DNA of 64,000 nt from an uncultured Alphaproteobacteria bacterium (GTDB taxonomy: Bacteria > Pseudomonadota > Alphaproteobacteria > 43-37 > CAWALT01), in NCBI GenBank assembly GCA_963782975.1, contig CAWALT010000002.1, forward strand, positions 266,533-330,532, written 5' to 3'. A program made the position numbers and the translations under genes. Of the stretch, positions 10,915-20,954 are shown piece after piece (the first letter of the stretch is position 1; every line of letters begins with the position of its first letter). The notes below the pieces were generated by a model. That model made no database searches. It was not told the DNA's origin and saw only the letters and a program-made list of their open reading frames with translations.

Positions 10915-12564
10915 TCACCTTTTTTTTTGGTCTGCCTTAAACTTTTTCTTCATATTTTGAGACGGGTCTTGAGACAACTTATCGCTTTTCATCTGTTTGG
11001 CTCGAGAGATTCCCAGAATCTCTTTCTGGTAATCCGCTAATGTCTCTGGGTATGGCACTACCTTTTGATCTGCCACCAGCCACATATGGTCGACCGTTAA
11101 TTCGAGTAAATGCCAGTCATGGCTGATGAGGATCACCGCGCCCTCAAATTCATTAATAGCCATAACCAAACTCTCCCGCATCTGCATATCAAGGTGGTTC
11201 GTTGGCTCATCGAGGATAAGGATCTGAGGCTGGTTATACGTTACCAAGGCAAAATTTAAGCGTGTTTTTTCACCACCCGAAAAGCTTCCGACAGGCTGAA
11301 AAACCTTTTCTCTGGTAAAGCCAAAGCGACCAAGGCGCTCACGAATTACTTGGTCTTTTTCCTCCGGCCCCTTTTCGCGTAGATGATCAAAAGCTGTTTT
11401 ATGAGGTTGAAGCGCTTCAATTTGATACTGGTGAAAATAACCTACCTTCAGTTTATCCGATTTAGCCACCTGACCTTTCATCGGCTTGAGAAGACCCGCG
11501 ATTAATTTTGCGAATGTTGATTTTCCATTTCCATTTTTTCCTAATAAGGCGATGCGATCATCAAAATCAATACGTTGATTAAGACCTTGCAAGACAATCT
11601 TTTCTTCATAGCCGACAGTGACTTTATTCAAAGTTATCAAGGGAGGTGCAAGAAAAGAAGGCTGAGGGAAGGAGAGATTCATGTTTGCCTCTTCCTTAAG
11701 AAGATTAATAGGGTCAAACTTTTCCAGCATCTTAATACGGCTTTGAACTTGTTTAGCCTTTGAGGATTTTGCACGGAAACGTTCAATAAAGGCTCCAATA
11801 TGTTTACGGGCTGCTTCTTGCTTTTTAAGTTGAGCTTGTCGATGAGCCATGGTTTCCCGGAATGTTTTCTCGAAAAAATCGAAATTTCCAAAGTAAGCTG
11901 TTAATTTTCCTTCTTGAAGATGGAAGATCTGTTGCGCCACTTCATTTAATAGATAGCGATCGTGGCTAATAATAAGGAGAGTTCGTGGATAACTTTTAAG
12001 ATATTGAATAAGCCAAGCGGTTGATTCAAGGTCAAGATGGTTGGTAGGTTCATCCAAAAGGAGCAGATCAGGCTCAGCAAAGAGACAGGCCGCAAGGGCA
12101 ATCCTCATACGCCATCCCCCTGAAAAAGAGGAAGCTGGGCGATGCTGTTCTTCCTCCTCGAACCCGAGACCTTTTAATATTTTTGCCGCACGAGCCGGGC
12201 CGCTGTAGACATCCATATCTTCAAGCTGCTCATAAATCTCTGCAATGCGTTCAGGGGTAATTGTTTCCTCTCCCAACTCAGCATATAAGTCTTGTTCTCC
12301 GCTTGCTGCGATCACATACTCTAAGGCTGTTACATTGCCAAAATCGACTTCTTGTTCCAAAGTAGCAATGCGCATCTTGTTCGGGACGGAAACCTCTCCC
12401 CCATCAGGTTGAAGCTCTCCTTGGATAAGGCGAAACAACGTGGATTTGCCTGTTCCATTTTGGCCAACGATAGCTGCACGCTGACCCTTTGACAGACACA
12501 TCTGGGCACCGTTGAAGAGTTCTCGACCGCCAATGCGATAGGTGAGGTTTTGAACATGCAACAT
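10915..12564 (-). CDS. ABC-F family ATPase (YheS-like)
   Basis: Two ABC cassettes (GQNGTGKST/FSGGWRMR/LDEPTNHLD; GKNGNGKST/FSGGEK), no TM segments. Confidence 0.93.
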   Translation of the reverse strand: MLHVQNLTYRIGGRELFNGAQMCLSKGQRAAIVGQNGTGKSTLFRLIQGELQPDGGEVSVPNKMRIATLEQEVDFGNVTALEYVIAASGEQDLYAELGEETITPERIAEIYEQLEDMDVYSGPARAAKILKGLGFEEEEQHRPASSFSGGWRMRIALAACLFAEPDLLLLDEPTNHLDLESTAWLIQYLKSYPRTLLIISHDRYLLNEVAQQIFHLQEGKLTAYFGNFDFFEKTFRETMAHRQAQLKKQEAARKHIGAFIERFRAKSSKAKQVQSRIKMLEKFDPINLLKEEANMNLSFPQPSFLAPPLITLNKVTVGYEEKIVLQGLNQRIDFDDRIALLGKNGNGKSTFAKLIAGLLKPMKGQVAKSDKLKVGYFHQYQIEALQPHKTAFDHLREKGPEEKDQVIRERLGRFGFTREKVFQPVGSFSGGEKTRLNFALVTYNQPQILILDEPTNHLDMQMRESLVMAINEFEGAVILISHDWHLLELTVDHMWLVADQKVVPYPETLADYQKEILGISRAKQMKSDKLSQDPSQNMKKKFKADQKKR

Positions 12565-12743
12565 GAGCTCTCAACCTTTCTTTAATAAATTATCATTTTT
12601 AATTTTTCTAAAAGATGTTAAAACAACTTTGACATGAGTACAATTGAAATTAAAATTAAATTTGTGTACCGCTAGTTAATTTTTAAGTTATAAACTTGTT
12701 GTATAACTAAGAAAGTAGTTACTTTAACATAAGGAAATATGCA

Positions 12744-13046
12744 ATGTTCACACGTTCGATAGTTAGTGCTTTAGGAGCAGTTTTAATTTTTTCACTTGGT
12801 GCTTGCGATAAAGAGTCAAAGAAAGTCAGCGAGAAGTATCCTGAAGACTTTCGGGAAAGCTTTGTCAGGCATTGTACAGAAGCTTCAAAGAATGATGAAG
12901 CTTATTGTAAGTGTGTGATTGGAAAACTTGAAGAAACCACCCCCTATGAAAAGCTCAAAGAATACGAAGATAAAGTTCGCGAGGGTAAAGAAGGGGACAT
13001 TGCCATAAAAGCGGATATCGAAAAAGCAGCAGCCGCTTGCCATTAA
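12744..13046 (+). CDS. Small Cys-containing lipoprotein
   Basis: Lipobox LGAC; F...C-x10-C-x-C..C motif; AAGGA RBS. Confidence 0.8.
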   Translation: MFTRSIVSALGAVLIFSLGACDKESKKVSEKYPEDFRESFVRHCTEASKNDEAYCKCVIGKLEETTPYEKLKEYEDKVREGKEGDIAIKADIEKAAAACH

Positions 13047-13059
13047 GCATGCCGATCGG

Positions 13060-13104
13060 AAAATGCTACCAGCTCTAGGGACCCCCTGAGATTGGTAGCA
13101 TTTT
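13060..13104 (+). terminator. Intrinsic terminator
   Basis: aaaatgctacca...tggtagcatttt inverted repeat just after the stop codon. Confidence 0.65.
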
Positions 13105-13502
13105 GTCTGTGCCATAAAGAGGGCTTGTGGTAGGAAATTAAAAAGCTACTAAAAAATTTTTAGGGCTTTTCCTTTGTTTCTTTTCTAATCTTTCCCCTCC
13201 TTTCCTAAAGTTTTCTGGGAAAAGAAAATGCGCTTTAAAAAAGGAGCTAAATTTCAAAAAGCAGAAAAAGTCCCTAAAAGTGATAAGGGGCCCTTTGCCA
13301 ACACGAAAAGTTTTTTCTTTAGAAACGGAGAATGTTCTCTCTGTATGCCGAGTTTCTCCTGATACACCTGGGTAGAGTTTAGGAAAAGAGGATTTGCCGC
13401 CTGGTATTCGTATCTTCTGTGTGTCCTTGCCTTTTATAGAGAACCTTTAAGGGTGCTAGAAGCCATAGGAAAAAGGCTGCGAAGGAGGCTAAAGCTTGGG
13501 CT

Positions 13503-14636
13503 TTAGTATAAAGGTGTGGGCGCTGAGCCTGATTCTCTAACTAGTTTAAATGCTGGGGTTTTTGGTAAGCGTTTAAAGATGATCGTGCGAAATTTAGGAG
13601 GAGTAAGGGTGCGCACACCTTGGTGTCTGGTTGAGAGGTTGATTTCTTCTTCGGGATGCGGTGAAGCGTTGGGATGATGCCTATCAAGGGGCGATGGAGT
13701 TGTTAAACCATCTCCCTTCTCCAAGCCAGGTTGTGAAGCTTGACCAGGGTGGGGAAGAGACGAGCGAGTCTGTCCAGCAAGCCATATGTCTTGTCCAAAA
13801 GGTGGAAAAGAGGTGTTGCCTGAAAGAAAGGGCCGCCCTTCCCCTTCTGGGTTAGAGGATCTTCTTTCCTGCTTATAAAGGGGGGCTTTTCCTTTTATAT
13901 GTTGTCTTGGGTTGAGGGAAGATGGCGCCTCAAATGAATAGCTGGGCGGTGGTAAATTTGCTGGTGGTGTGAGGAAAGATAAGGGAATCGGCTGAAGGGA
14001 AGGTGCGTACTCACCCGTCTCCTCCATCTCTCTTTTTGCGGCTGACCTTGCTAAATAATCCTTTAAAATAGTACGCTGGGTTTGAAGTTTCCTGACCATT
14101 TCTTGATGTTCAGCTGCGATCTCAGTATATTTTTTAAAAAGAGCGCTGTGATAATTAAACGCTTGGTCGTATTGGTCTAGCGCCTCTGCGGGGTTGTAGA
14201 GAGGGTCGATATCAGCCCGTTGATGAGTTTTTCTATTAAGAGCTTTTTTCTTAGGCTTTACTCTTACCTTTGCCTTTTTGGCAGCATCCTGAGACTTTTT
14301 CTTATTTTTTTGTTTTATTGACTTCTTAGGAATGGTCGTTTTCTTAACTTTTTTTATTTGCTTAGGCTTCTTCTGCTTTTTTACTTTTTTTGGTGATTTG
14401 CTTGTTTTGGCCTTTTTCTTTGTTTCCGGCCCAAAGCTTTGAAAGATGCTTGGAGGTGCTGGAGGATGCGTTTTTGATATGGTTGGACCATGATAAATCG
14501 GCGGGGGTGCCGGGGGATGAGGCGTGTTTGTCGTTTGGGCTTCTATAATATTTGAAAACCCAGGCCTTGCTTGAATGGAAGACGGAGCTAGCAATAAAGC
14601 AATTATTAAGAAGCTTAAAAAGCGTGAGACTGGCAT
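13503..14636 (-). CDS. Secreted Pro/Lys-rich low-complexity protein
   Basis: Signal peptide ending IQA; PPAPP motifs; Lys-rich tract; short coiled coil. Confidence 0.7.
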   Translation of the reverse strand: MPVSRFLSFLIIALLLAPSSIQARPGFSNIIEAQTTNTPHPPAPPPIYHGPTISKTHPPAPPSIFQSFGPETKKKAKTSKSPKKVKKQKKPKQIKKVKKTTIPKKSIKQKNKKKSQDAAKKAKVRVKPKKKALNRKTHQRADIDPLYNPAEALDQYDQAFNYHSALFKKYTEIAAEHQEMVRKLQTQRTILKDYLARSAAKREMEETGEYAPSLQPIPLSFLTPPANLPPPSYSFEAPSSLNPRQHIKGKAPLYKQERRSSNPEGEGRPFLSGNTSFPPFGQDIWLAGQTRSSLPHPGQASQPGLEKGDGLTTPSPLDRHHPNASPHPEEEINLSTRHQGVRTLTPPKFRTIIFKRLPKTPAFKLVRESGSAPTPLY

Positions 14637-14987
14637 CTTCAAGACCACCTTATAGTTTTGATTTTCATACCAAAGTTCTATTTTTAATCTATTTTAGAAA
14701 GGAATCATTTCTAAGCGATTAATAAGGGGACTATCCTCAAGCAAGCTTTGAATTTTAGCCCAAGAGGCAAAGATAACAGGTGTTTCTATATCCTGCCCAG
14801 AACCGGAAAGGTAAATATATACGCAGAAGATTGAGTAAATAAAAAAAGCGTGCCTTAAAACTTAAGCCACGCCAATCTTTTGCTGTTGTACAATAGGGTT
14901 CTTCTTTTTAGCTTAAAACCGGAAGTTGGCAAGGACTGCAGCTTCCTTAAGGAGCTCCCTCATGTTCCTTTGCCTATTGAGTGCCTT

Positions 14988-15227
14988 CTAATAAAGCTTA
15001 TATTGCATTTTTCCTTTCCCCTTAGAATTCTCTTTTTTGTCTTTTTTCTTTTCTTTTTTATGTCCAGGTTTGGAAATTTTAGGCAATTTGAGCGTGTTTC
15101 CTACGTTGATGTTCATGCCTGGAGTGAAGGTCGGATGGCTTCCACCAGTAGCCTTGGTTTGAGAGGCCATGCCTGCTCCTAAGAAAAGTCCAGTTGCAAT
15201 AAGGCTTGTATAAAGTAATTTTTTCAT
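14988..15227 (-). CDS. Small secreted Lys-rich protein
   Basis: MKKLLYTSLIATG..TKA leader; KKEKKKDKK tail. Confidence 0.65.
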   Translation of the reverse strand: MKKLLYTSLIATGLFLGAGMASQTKATGGSHPTFTPGMNINVGNTLKLPKISKPGHKKEKKKDKKENSKGKGKMQYKLY

Positions 15228-15290
15228 TTTTATTCCATCCACGTTAAGATTTGTTTTAAGGGTAGTGGAATATGTTGTACAAAGAAAACT

Positions 15291-15305
15291 TTAACGCCTT
15301 ATTAA
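15291..15305. promoter_or_regulatory. Possible CtrA box
   Basis: TTAA-cgcctta-TTAA (N7 spacing) about 64 bp upstream of the 15227 start; the context is AT-rich, so it may be chance. Confidence 0.35.
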
Positions 15306-15578
15306 AAATGAGTAAAACTAAATATTAAAGAATATAAATTTGATTTTTAATTGCATTATTTAACAATAGAGTTATTAATAAAAAAAGAATTTATTAAAAA
15401 ACAGCAATGATTTCGATCTTATTTCTGGAAGTTAATTAGTAAAATCCATCAATTCGGAATACCATTAAAAGAAATATTTCTTTACTTAAGAGAGGAGGTG
15501 ACTTGGGAGAGGATTAAGATTCTGGGTAGTTATAAGTACAGTTATTTGTTTAATTTAAATGTTCCCTTCTAAATGTAG

Positions 15579-15609
15579 AAAAAGTCGCCATAACCTATGG
15601 CGACTTTTT
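15579..15609 (-). terminator. Intrinsic terminator of the His-rich gene
   Basis: aaaaagtcgccata-acc-tatggcgacttttt. Confidence 0.8.
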
Positions 15610-15639
15610 TCTTCGAGCGTAACGGCAAGACTCTTTGTC

Positions 15640-17034
15640 TTAGTGGTGCATATGTACCCTTCCAAAGCCTCTGCTTTGCTTTGTAACAGGCTTTTTGCTT
15701 GCGTGCGGATTGCCTCCTGCATGCGGAAGAGCATGAGGGTGCGGCAGCACTAAGTGTGGCTGTGTAGCCACGGACTTCTTGGGCTTAGCAACCGGCTTTT
15801 TGCTTGCAGCACCTCCTACATGAATATGAGGTGTCGCTTGTTTCTTGGGGGGATGTGTTTGTTGTTTTTTTAGAGTACTTTTGCCGCGCACTTTCGGTTT
15901 TTGCACTACCGACCCCGAGATACCTTTACCATGAGTTGGAGCCTTAATTTTCTTCTTATGTGCCGGCGCTTTAGAGGTATGCGTAGGTGTGTGCGGTTGC
16001 TTTATATGGTACACCATTGGTGTATACGGTATCTTCTTTATAACCCCACGCTTTATGGCCTTGTGCTCATGATGGGGCGCTTTGTGTGCTGGATGTCCAT
16101 GATGAGAAGCCTTGGGCCCATGATGCCCATGGTGGGAAGCTTTGTGCCCATGGTGCAAAGCTCGTTGTGCATGGTGCGATGCTTTTCTTTCATGGAAGGC
16201 GCGCCGCTTAGGATCCGTGTGGTGGGAAGCTTTGTGCCCATGGTGTGACGCTAGGTGGTCATGGTGCAAAGCTCGTTGTGCATGGTGCGATGCTTTTCTT
16301 TCATGGAAGGCGCGCCGCTTAGGATCCGTGTGGTGGGAAGCTTTGTGCCCATGGTGTGACGCTAGGTGGTCATGGTGCAAAGCTCGTTGTGCATGGCGCG
16401 ATGCTTTTCTTTCATGGAAGGCACGCCGCTTAGGATCCGTGTGGTGGGAAGCTTTGTGCCCATGGTGTGACGCTAGGTGGTCATGGCGCAAAGCTCGTTG
16501 TGCATGGCGCGATGCTTTTCTTTCATGGAAGGCACGCCGCTTAGGATCCGTGTGGTGGGAAGCTTTGTGCCCATGGTGTGACGCTAGGTGGTCATGGTGC
16601 AAAGCTCGTTGTGCATGGTGCGATGCTTTTCTCTCATGGAAGGCGCGCCGCTTAGGATCCGTGTGGTGGGAAGCTTTGTGCCCATGGTGCCTATGATGGA
16701 TACCTTTTGCTTTTCTATGGCGGTGATTTGTAGAATGTTGGTGTTTGTGATGCCCTTTATCCTTAGATTTATGTGCGTGGTGAGGGGCGTAGCTATCAGT
16801 ATGAGCCGGGCTGCTATGCGTTGTCTGTGCCTTTGTAGAAGACGATGTGCCGATATGTCCTTCACGAGCTATCTCTTCCTTTAGTTCCCGCTGTTTCAGT
16901 TTGGCACTTGGATGCGTGGCGAGATAATCGAGCCGCTCAGTAAGGGTTTCTGCTAACGCTAAGCCCTTGGAGCCTAAGAAAGGAGCTCCAATAAGACTCG
17001 CTGCCAATAAACTTCTAAAAATTATTTTTTTCAT
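15640..17034 (-). CDS. Secreted His/Lys/Arg-rich repeat protein
   Basis: MKKIIFRSLLAAS..ALA leader; 5 x 37-aa His-rich repeats; own terminator. Confidence 0.8.
   Translation of the reverse strand: MKKIIFRSLLAASLIGAPFLGSKGLALAETLTERLDYLATHPSAKLKQRELKEEIAREGHIGTSSSTKAQTTHSSPAHTDSYAPHHAHKSKDKGHHKHQHSTNHRHRKAKGIHHRHHGHKASHHTDPKRRAFHERKASHHAQRALHHDHLASHHGHKASHHTDPKRRAFHERKASRHAQRALRHDHLASHHGHKASHHTDPKRRAFHERKASRHAQRALHHDHLASHHGHKASHHTDPKRRAFHERKASHHAQRALHHDHLASHHGHKASHHTDPKRRAFHERKASHHAQRALHHGHKASHHGHHGPKASHHGHPAHKAPHHEHKAIKRGVIKKIPYTPMVYHIKQPHTPTHTSKAPAHKKKIKAPTHGKGISGSVVQKPKVRGKSTLKKQQTHPPKKQATPHIHVGGAASKKPVAKPKKSVATQPHLVLPHPHALPHAGGNPHASKKPVTKQSRGFGRVHMHH
16128..16689 (-). repeat. Coding tandem repeat, 111 bp x 5
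   Basis: GGATCC recurs at 16211, 16322, 16433, 16544, 16655; unit HHGHKASHHTDPKRRAFHERKASHHAQRALHHDHLAS. Confidence 0.97.
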
Positions 17035-17362
17035 GCTTGGTTCCACCCATTGCTAATTAAATAAAAATTTTGATCTTTCCTCATATTGTGATAAAAAGGT
17101 TGCTGTTTTATTAAGTATTTAAAAAATATAATATCATTTAAACTAAAATTTTAAATATAAGTACATGTTAGTTCAAATTTATATTTTATATTGTGTTAAA
17201 CGGTATGATGAAAAATATTTATTAAAAATATTAGAATAAGAATACGATAACTGCATAAGGTAGTTATGAAGAGGGGGGTCATGTGCTGGACAGGTCACTC
17301 GAATATCAACCTATGATCCTGGGAAAAGCCATATGTCCTTCGTTTTAAAGGATGAGAAACCT

Positions 17363-17923
17363 CTATTTAATAGGATCGCCGTCATTTTCTTCTTGTTGTT
17401 CATCAACCTGGATTTGGCCTTCGTTTGTGCCTGGAAAATAATGGACGTTGAAAGGGGGCTGTTTTAATGAGGTTGATTCGCTATCCAGGGTCATATCATC
17501 CTTTTTATATCTACTATCATAATTAACTTCTTCAAAGGAGCCCTCTTCTTTTCCTAGGGTATGCAGATCCTCCGTCGTTTCTTGGTCATTCTCTTCTTCC
17601 TGAGAATTACCCGGTAGCATAGCTTGGGTGGGCGATATTATCGTCGGTTCTCTTGGGCACTGGTCTGCTTCTTTGCCAAAATTAAAGCCTTTTAAAAGCG
17701 CCGCTTTTTTGCAATTTTTTATAAGTAAGGTGTAGCGATCATGGCAACGTTTTAAGCATGTGGAGAAATTCTCTTGACTCTCTGCACAGAAAGATTCTGT
17801 GCAGGTAGTTAAGCAAAACCGTGCCTCTTTAAAAGAGGGAAAAAAAGCATAAGAAACGTCTAGGAGCCCGAAGTTCCCATAAATAAAAAATAAAAACAAG
17901 GTAGCTTTTTTGTTTATCCCCAT
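17363..17923 (-). CDS. Secreted protein, Cys-rich N-domain and acidic tail
   Basis: Leader ending SYA; CLTTC..FC..CLKRC..NC; E/D-rich C-half. Confidence 0.7.
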   Translation of the reverse strand: MGINKKATLFLFFIYGNFGLLDVSYAFFPSFKEARFCLTTCTESFCAESQENFSTCLKRCHDRYTLLIKNCKKAALLKGFNFGKEADQCPREPTIISPTQAMLPGNSQEEENDQETTEDLHTLGKEEGSFEEVNYDSRYKKDDMTLDSESTSLKQPPFNVHYFPGTNEGQIQVDEQQEENDGDPIK

Positions 17924-18206
17924 TATAAAGCCCAATCAGATAACTTTTAAAAACTATCGTTACGACTCTGTTCGGTCTCTTGTCATTATTTGATGATTAA
18001 GTTGATATCTCCTTAATAAAGGGGGCAAATAAAGATAGGAGCATTTTTAAAATTTAAAGTTTGCCTATTTCCAAGGAAGTCATGGCTTTTGAAGAAAAGA
18101 AAATCGGCTTCAAAAAAATAAGAAAGGGAGCTCCTAATAAAATGGGCCCCCTCTCCTTAACAATCTACAGGTTCGAGAATCTGCGTTATGCTATAGTGGC
18201 CATGTT

Positions 18207-19409
18207 TTAATCACTTGGATTCCACTCTTCCCAACGGTGTTGGCCAAAAAGCCCCTGCTGTGGGGAAGATGCCCGAGCTTGAACTTTTCCTGTAATTTCT
18301 CTTTGGATGTTATGAGGCATTACTGTCCACATACCATGATCGTTGCCGGCTTGAGGCCTTCTAGCGGTTTGGGGGCCTGGAGCATGAGGCCGGGCCATTG
18401 GGTGACGCATGGCTTGACCCTGAGGTATGCCCTGTGGGCGCGCCATTTGTTGTGGTCCTCTCATCAAAGGAGGCTTGGGCCCTATAGACGATGAGGCTTT
18501 AGCAGGTCCCCTATCCATTTCGCTAGAGAGGGAAGATGAGTGTTGTCCCTTTGCTCCTCCCTTGCCGAAAGCGGGGGAGCTAAAAGGATCATCATCATCG
18601 CCAAAAGGATGGTCACCGCCGCCCTCGTCGCCGAAAGCATGGTCCTCACCACCCCCGAAAGAGTCGCCCTTGCCACCAAAAGGATGCTCACCACCGCCGT
18701 CATCGCCGAAAGCATGGTCCTCGTCGCCACCAAAAGGAAGCTCCTTCTCGCTTCCAAAGCCATGTCCTCCTGGGAATTCACCACCCCGGTGCAGGCCGCG
18801 CGATGTCTTAGGGGGGCTCATATAATGTAAATGCTGTGTCATTTCATGCTCTATATTTTCGAGAAGAGCCAAGTATTTATCCATCTCGTTCTCTCGCTCT
18901 TGCATATAGTAGCTGTCATTAGGTCTCAACCAATGAGCTTTTTGGTTCATCCGCGCATGGAATTCTTCCTCTTTAGCGCGTGCTTTTTTAATAAAGTCTA
19001 AGCTTTTTAGATAATATTTTTTTGCGCCCATAAGATCGGTCATGGAATGGGCATAGTAATCTCCAAGCTGCTTGTGGTATTTAGCAATTAAAGCATAGGA
19101 AATGGTGACAGCGCTCATGTAGTAAATAAAGGAGGGCATGTCACGCGCGGCGAAAAGGCCATTTTCCGATTGCCGCAAGTTATTTTCTTCTCTTCTTATG
19201 CGTCCCATTAGCGCCCGAGGACCATGACCAACGCCTAAGCTCTCGGCGGCTTGAGTTTTGGCTTTGGTAAGTTTGCTTTTAGCGCCGGCAGCTTTTCTTT
19301 TAAACTTATCAAAAATGCCCGCTTTCGCTGAAGTTGTAAAGGGAGGCAACGTTGGTATGGCCACTCCCATAGCTAAAATAACGGCAAGAGTTCGATGTAA
19401 TTTTTTCAT
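18207..19409 (-). CDS. Secreted protein, helical N-domain plus Gly/Asp/FG-rich and Pro/Gln-rich disordered tail
   Basis: MKKLHRTL..AKA leader; 2 x 25-aa (75 bp) FGG.EDHAFGD.GGG.HPFG repeat. Confidence 0.8.
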   Translation of the reverse strand: MKKLHRTLAVILAMGVAIPTLPPFTTSAKAGIFDKFKRKAAGAKSKLTKAKTQAAESLGVGHGPRALMGRIRREENNLRQSENGLFAARDMPSFIYYMSAVTISYALIAKYHKQLGDYYAHSMTDLMGAKKYYLKSLDFIKKARAKEEEFHARMNQKAHWLRPNDSYYMQERENEMDKYLALLENIEHEMTQHLHYMSPPKTSRGLHRGGEFPGGHGFGSEKELPFGGDEDHAFGDDGGGEHPFGGKGDSFGGGEDHAFGDEGGGDHPFGDDDDPFSSPAFGKGGAKGQHSSSLSSEMDRGPAKASSSIGPKPPLMRGPQQMARPQGIPQGQAMRHPMARPHAPGPQTARRPQAGNDHGMWTVMPHNIQREITGKVQARASSPQQGLFGQHRWEEWNPSD

Positions 19410-19535
19410 TGAATGGATACTCCTTATTATAAGATATCATTTTGGTCGTGTTACTATTATAAAAGTAAATAATTAATTTTTATTAATGGGTACCTCAATA
19501 TTATGGGCGAGCAGGTAAATCGCTGAGATAGATGA

Positions 19536-19563
19536 AGAAAGAGCAGGGGAACCTGCTCTTTCT
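19536..19563 (-). terminator. Intrinsic terminator
   Basis: agaaagagcagg-ggaa-cctgctctttct. Confidence 0.75.
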
Positions 19564-19594
19564 ATCTTCTTGCCTTTCGGTAAAAGCGCTCTTA

Positions 19595-20845
19595 TTAATA
19601 ACCCCAAGGGTTAAAGTCGCTATCATCTCTACCATCGCTATCACGGTCGAAGCCGTCATCTCCTGAGTCAGCAAAGTCTCCATCTCCTAGAGATCCCTCC
19701 ATTTCACCAGAGAAATCAGGAGCATCGAAATAATGACCGCCCATATGACCATCGAAGGGTCTATCATCGTCATCATCACCATCGCCGCTGGCTGAGGGGC
19801 CCCATGCGTCGAACGAGGTGCCACCGCTCATATCGGAATCAAAATCGTCGTCATGGTCATTGCCCCCCATGAAAGAACCGCTTCCGTAAGGGTCTGGGAA
19901 AGGAATAGGAGCACGGCTATGTCCCCCAAAGTCTGGATGTGGTTGACGGGCTGCCATAGGATGGCTGCCTGGATGATTCATGCCCCAAGGAGAGGGTTGA
20001 GCACCAGGATGGCCTGGATGATTCATGCCCCAAGGAGAGGGTTGAGCACCAGGATGGCCTGGATGATTCATGCCCCAGGGGGAAGGTTGAGCGCCAGGAT
20101 GACCTGGATGGTTCATGCCCCAAGGGGAAGGTTGAGCGCCAGGATGGCCTGGATGGTTCATGCCCCAGGGGGAAGGTTGAGCGCCAGGATGACCTGGATG
20201 GTTCATGCCCCAAGGAGAGGGTTGAGCGCCAGGATGGCCTGGATGGTTCATGCCCCAAGGAGAGGGTTGCGCCATCGCTTGACCTGGGCGGCCTCCTTTT
20301 TTCTTGCCTGGGAGAGAGAAGCTGTCTGGGCGGTTAATGCCGTATTGTGGCTTTTTGCCCTTAAAGGGTATTTGACCTTTCGAGGGAGCCCGTCCTTTGC
20401 CTGGGCCATAAGACGGATAGCCGCCAGCGAAAGGATGCATGCCTTGAGCAGGGGCGTACCCTGGATGCCCGTAAGCAGGATGTGCGCCTGGCATGTTTGG
20501 ATGATACCCGGGGCCGCCTTGCGGATGATACGGGGGAGCCATTCCATACGGTTGATCAAGAGCGCCCTTAAAAGCTTGACCTGTTTGGGTTAAAGCTTGA
20601 TCAAACCCATAAGCTGCTTGGCTTCCTGCCTGTGTCATTTGTTGGCTAGCTAAACTAGCGTTGTATAAACCTTGGTTGAGCCTATCTGCTCCGCGTTGGA
20701 GGCTCTGAGCGCCTTGTTGAACTTTTTTATGAGCTGCTCCTGCTGCGTGAGACAGTGTATCAAGAAAACTGGCTTTTAAGGGTTGAACCATGGAAGCTCC
20801 TACCATTCCTGCCGTTATTAAACTTGTAAAAATTATTCTTTTCAT
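19595..20845 (-). CDS. Secreted Gly/Pro/His-rich repeat protein with Asp-rich tail
   Basis: MKRIIFTSLITAG..LKA leader; 7 x AQPSPWGMNHPGHPG; acidic C-terminus. Confidence 0.8.
   Translation of the reverse strand: MKRIIFTSLITAGMVGASMVQPLKASFLDTLSHAAGAAHKKVQQGAQSLQRGADRLNQGLYNASLASQQMTQAGSQAAYGFDQALTQTGQAFKGALDQPYGMAPPYHPQGGPGYHPNMPGAHPAYGHPGYAPAQGMHPFAGGYPSYGPGKGRAPSKGQIPFKGKKPQYGINRPDSFSLPGKKKGGRPGQAMAQPSPWGMNHPGHPGAQPSPWGMNHPGHPGAQPSPWGMNHPGHPGAQPSPWGMNHPGHPGAQPSPWGMNHPGHPGAQPSPWGMNHPGHPGAQPSPWGMNHPGSHPMAARQPHPDFGGHSRAPIPFPDPYGSGSFMGGNDHDDDFDSDMSGGTSFDAWGPSASGDGDDDDDRPFDGHMGGHYFDAPDFSGEMEGSLGDGDFADSGDDGFDRDSDGRDDSDFNPWGY
19966..20272 (-). repeat. Coding tandem repeat, 45 bp x 7
   Basis: CATGCCCCA recurs at 19979, 20024, 20069, 20114, 20159, 20204, 20249. 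Confidence 0.97.
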
Positions 20846-20954
20846 TTTTTGTCCCATTTGTTGTTAGATTGGTGGTTAACATGTCTTGTTGTCCTTATGA
20901 GCTTGCCCTAAAAAGGTTTAAATTTGTTTAACCTTTCTGTGATTAAAGGAGCCA

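Noticed and set aside
16128-16689. Possible CRISPR array
   Set aside because: Contiguous 111-bp in-frame units with no unique spacers and no cas genes
16142-16696. Trp/Cys-rich plus-strand repeat ORF
   Set aside because: Antisense shadow of His codons in the minus-strand gene, which has the leader and terminator
19966-20272. Possible CRISPR array
   Set aside because: 45-bp in-frame coding units varying at codon third positions; no spacers
19853-20593. 246-aa plus-strand repeat ORF
   Set aside because: Antisense shadow; repeat variation is synonymous only in the minus-strand frame
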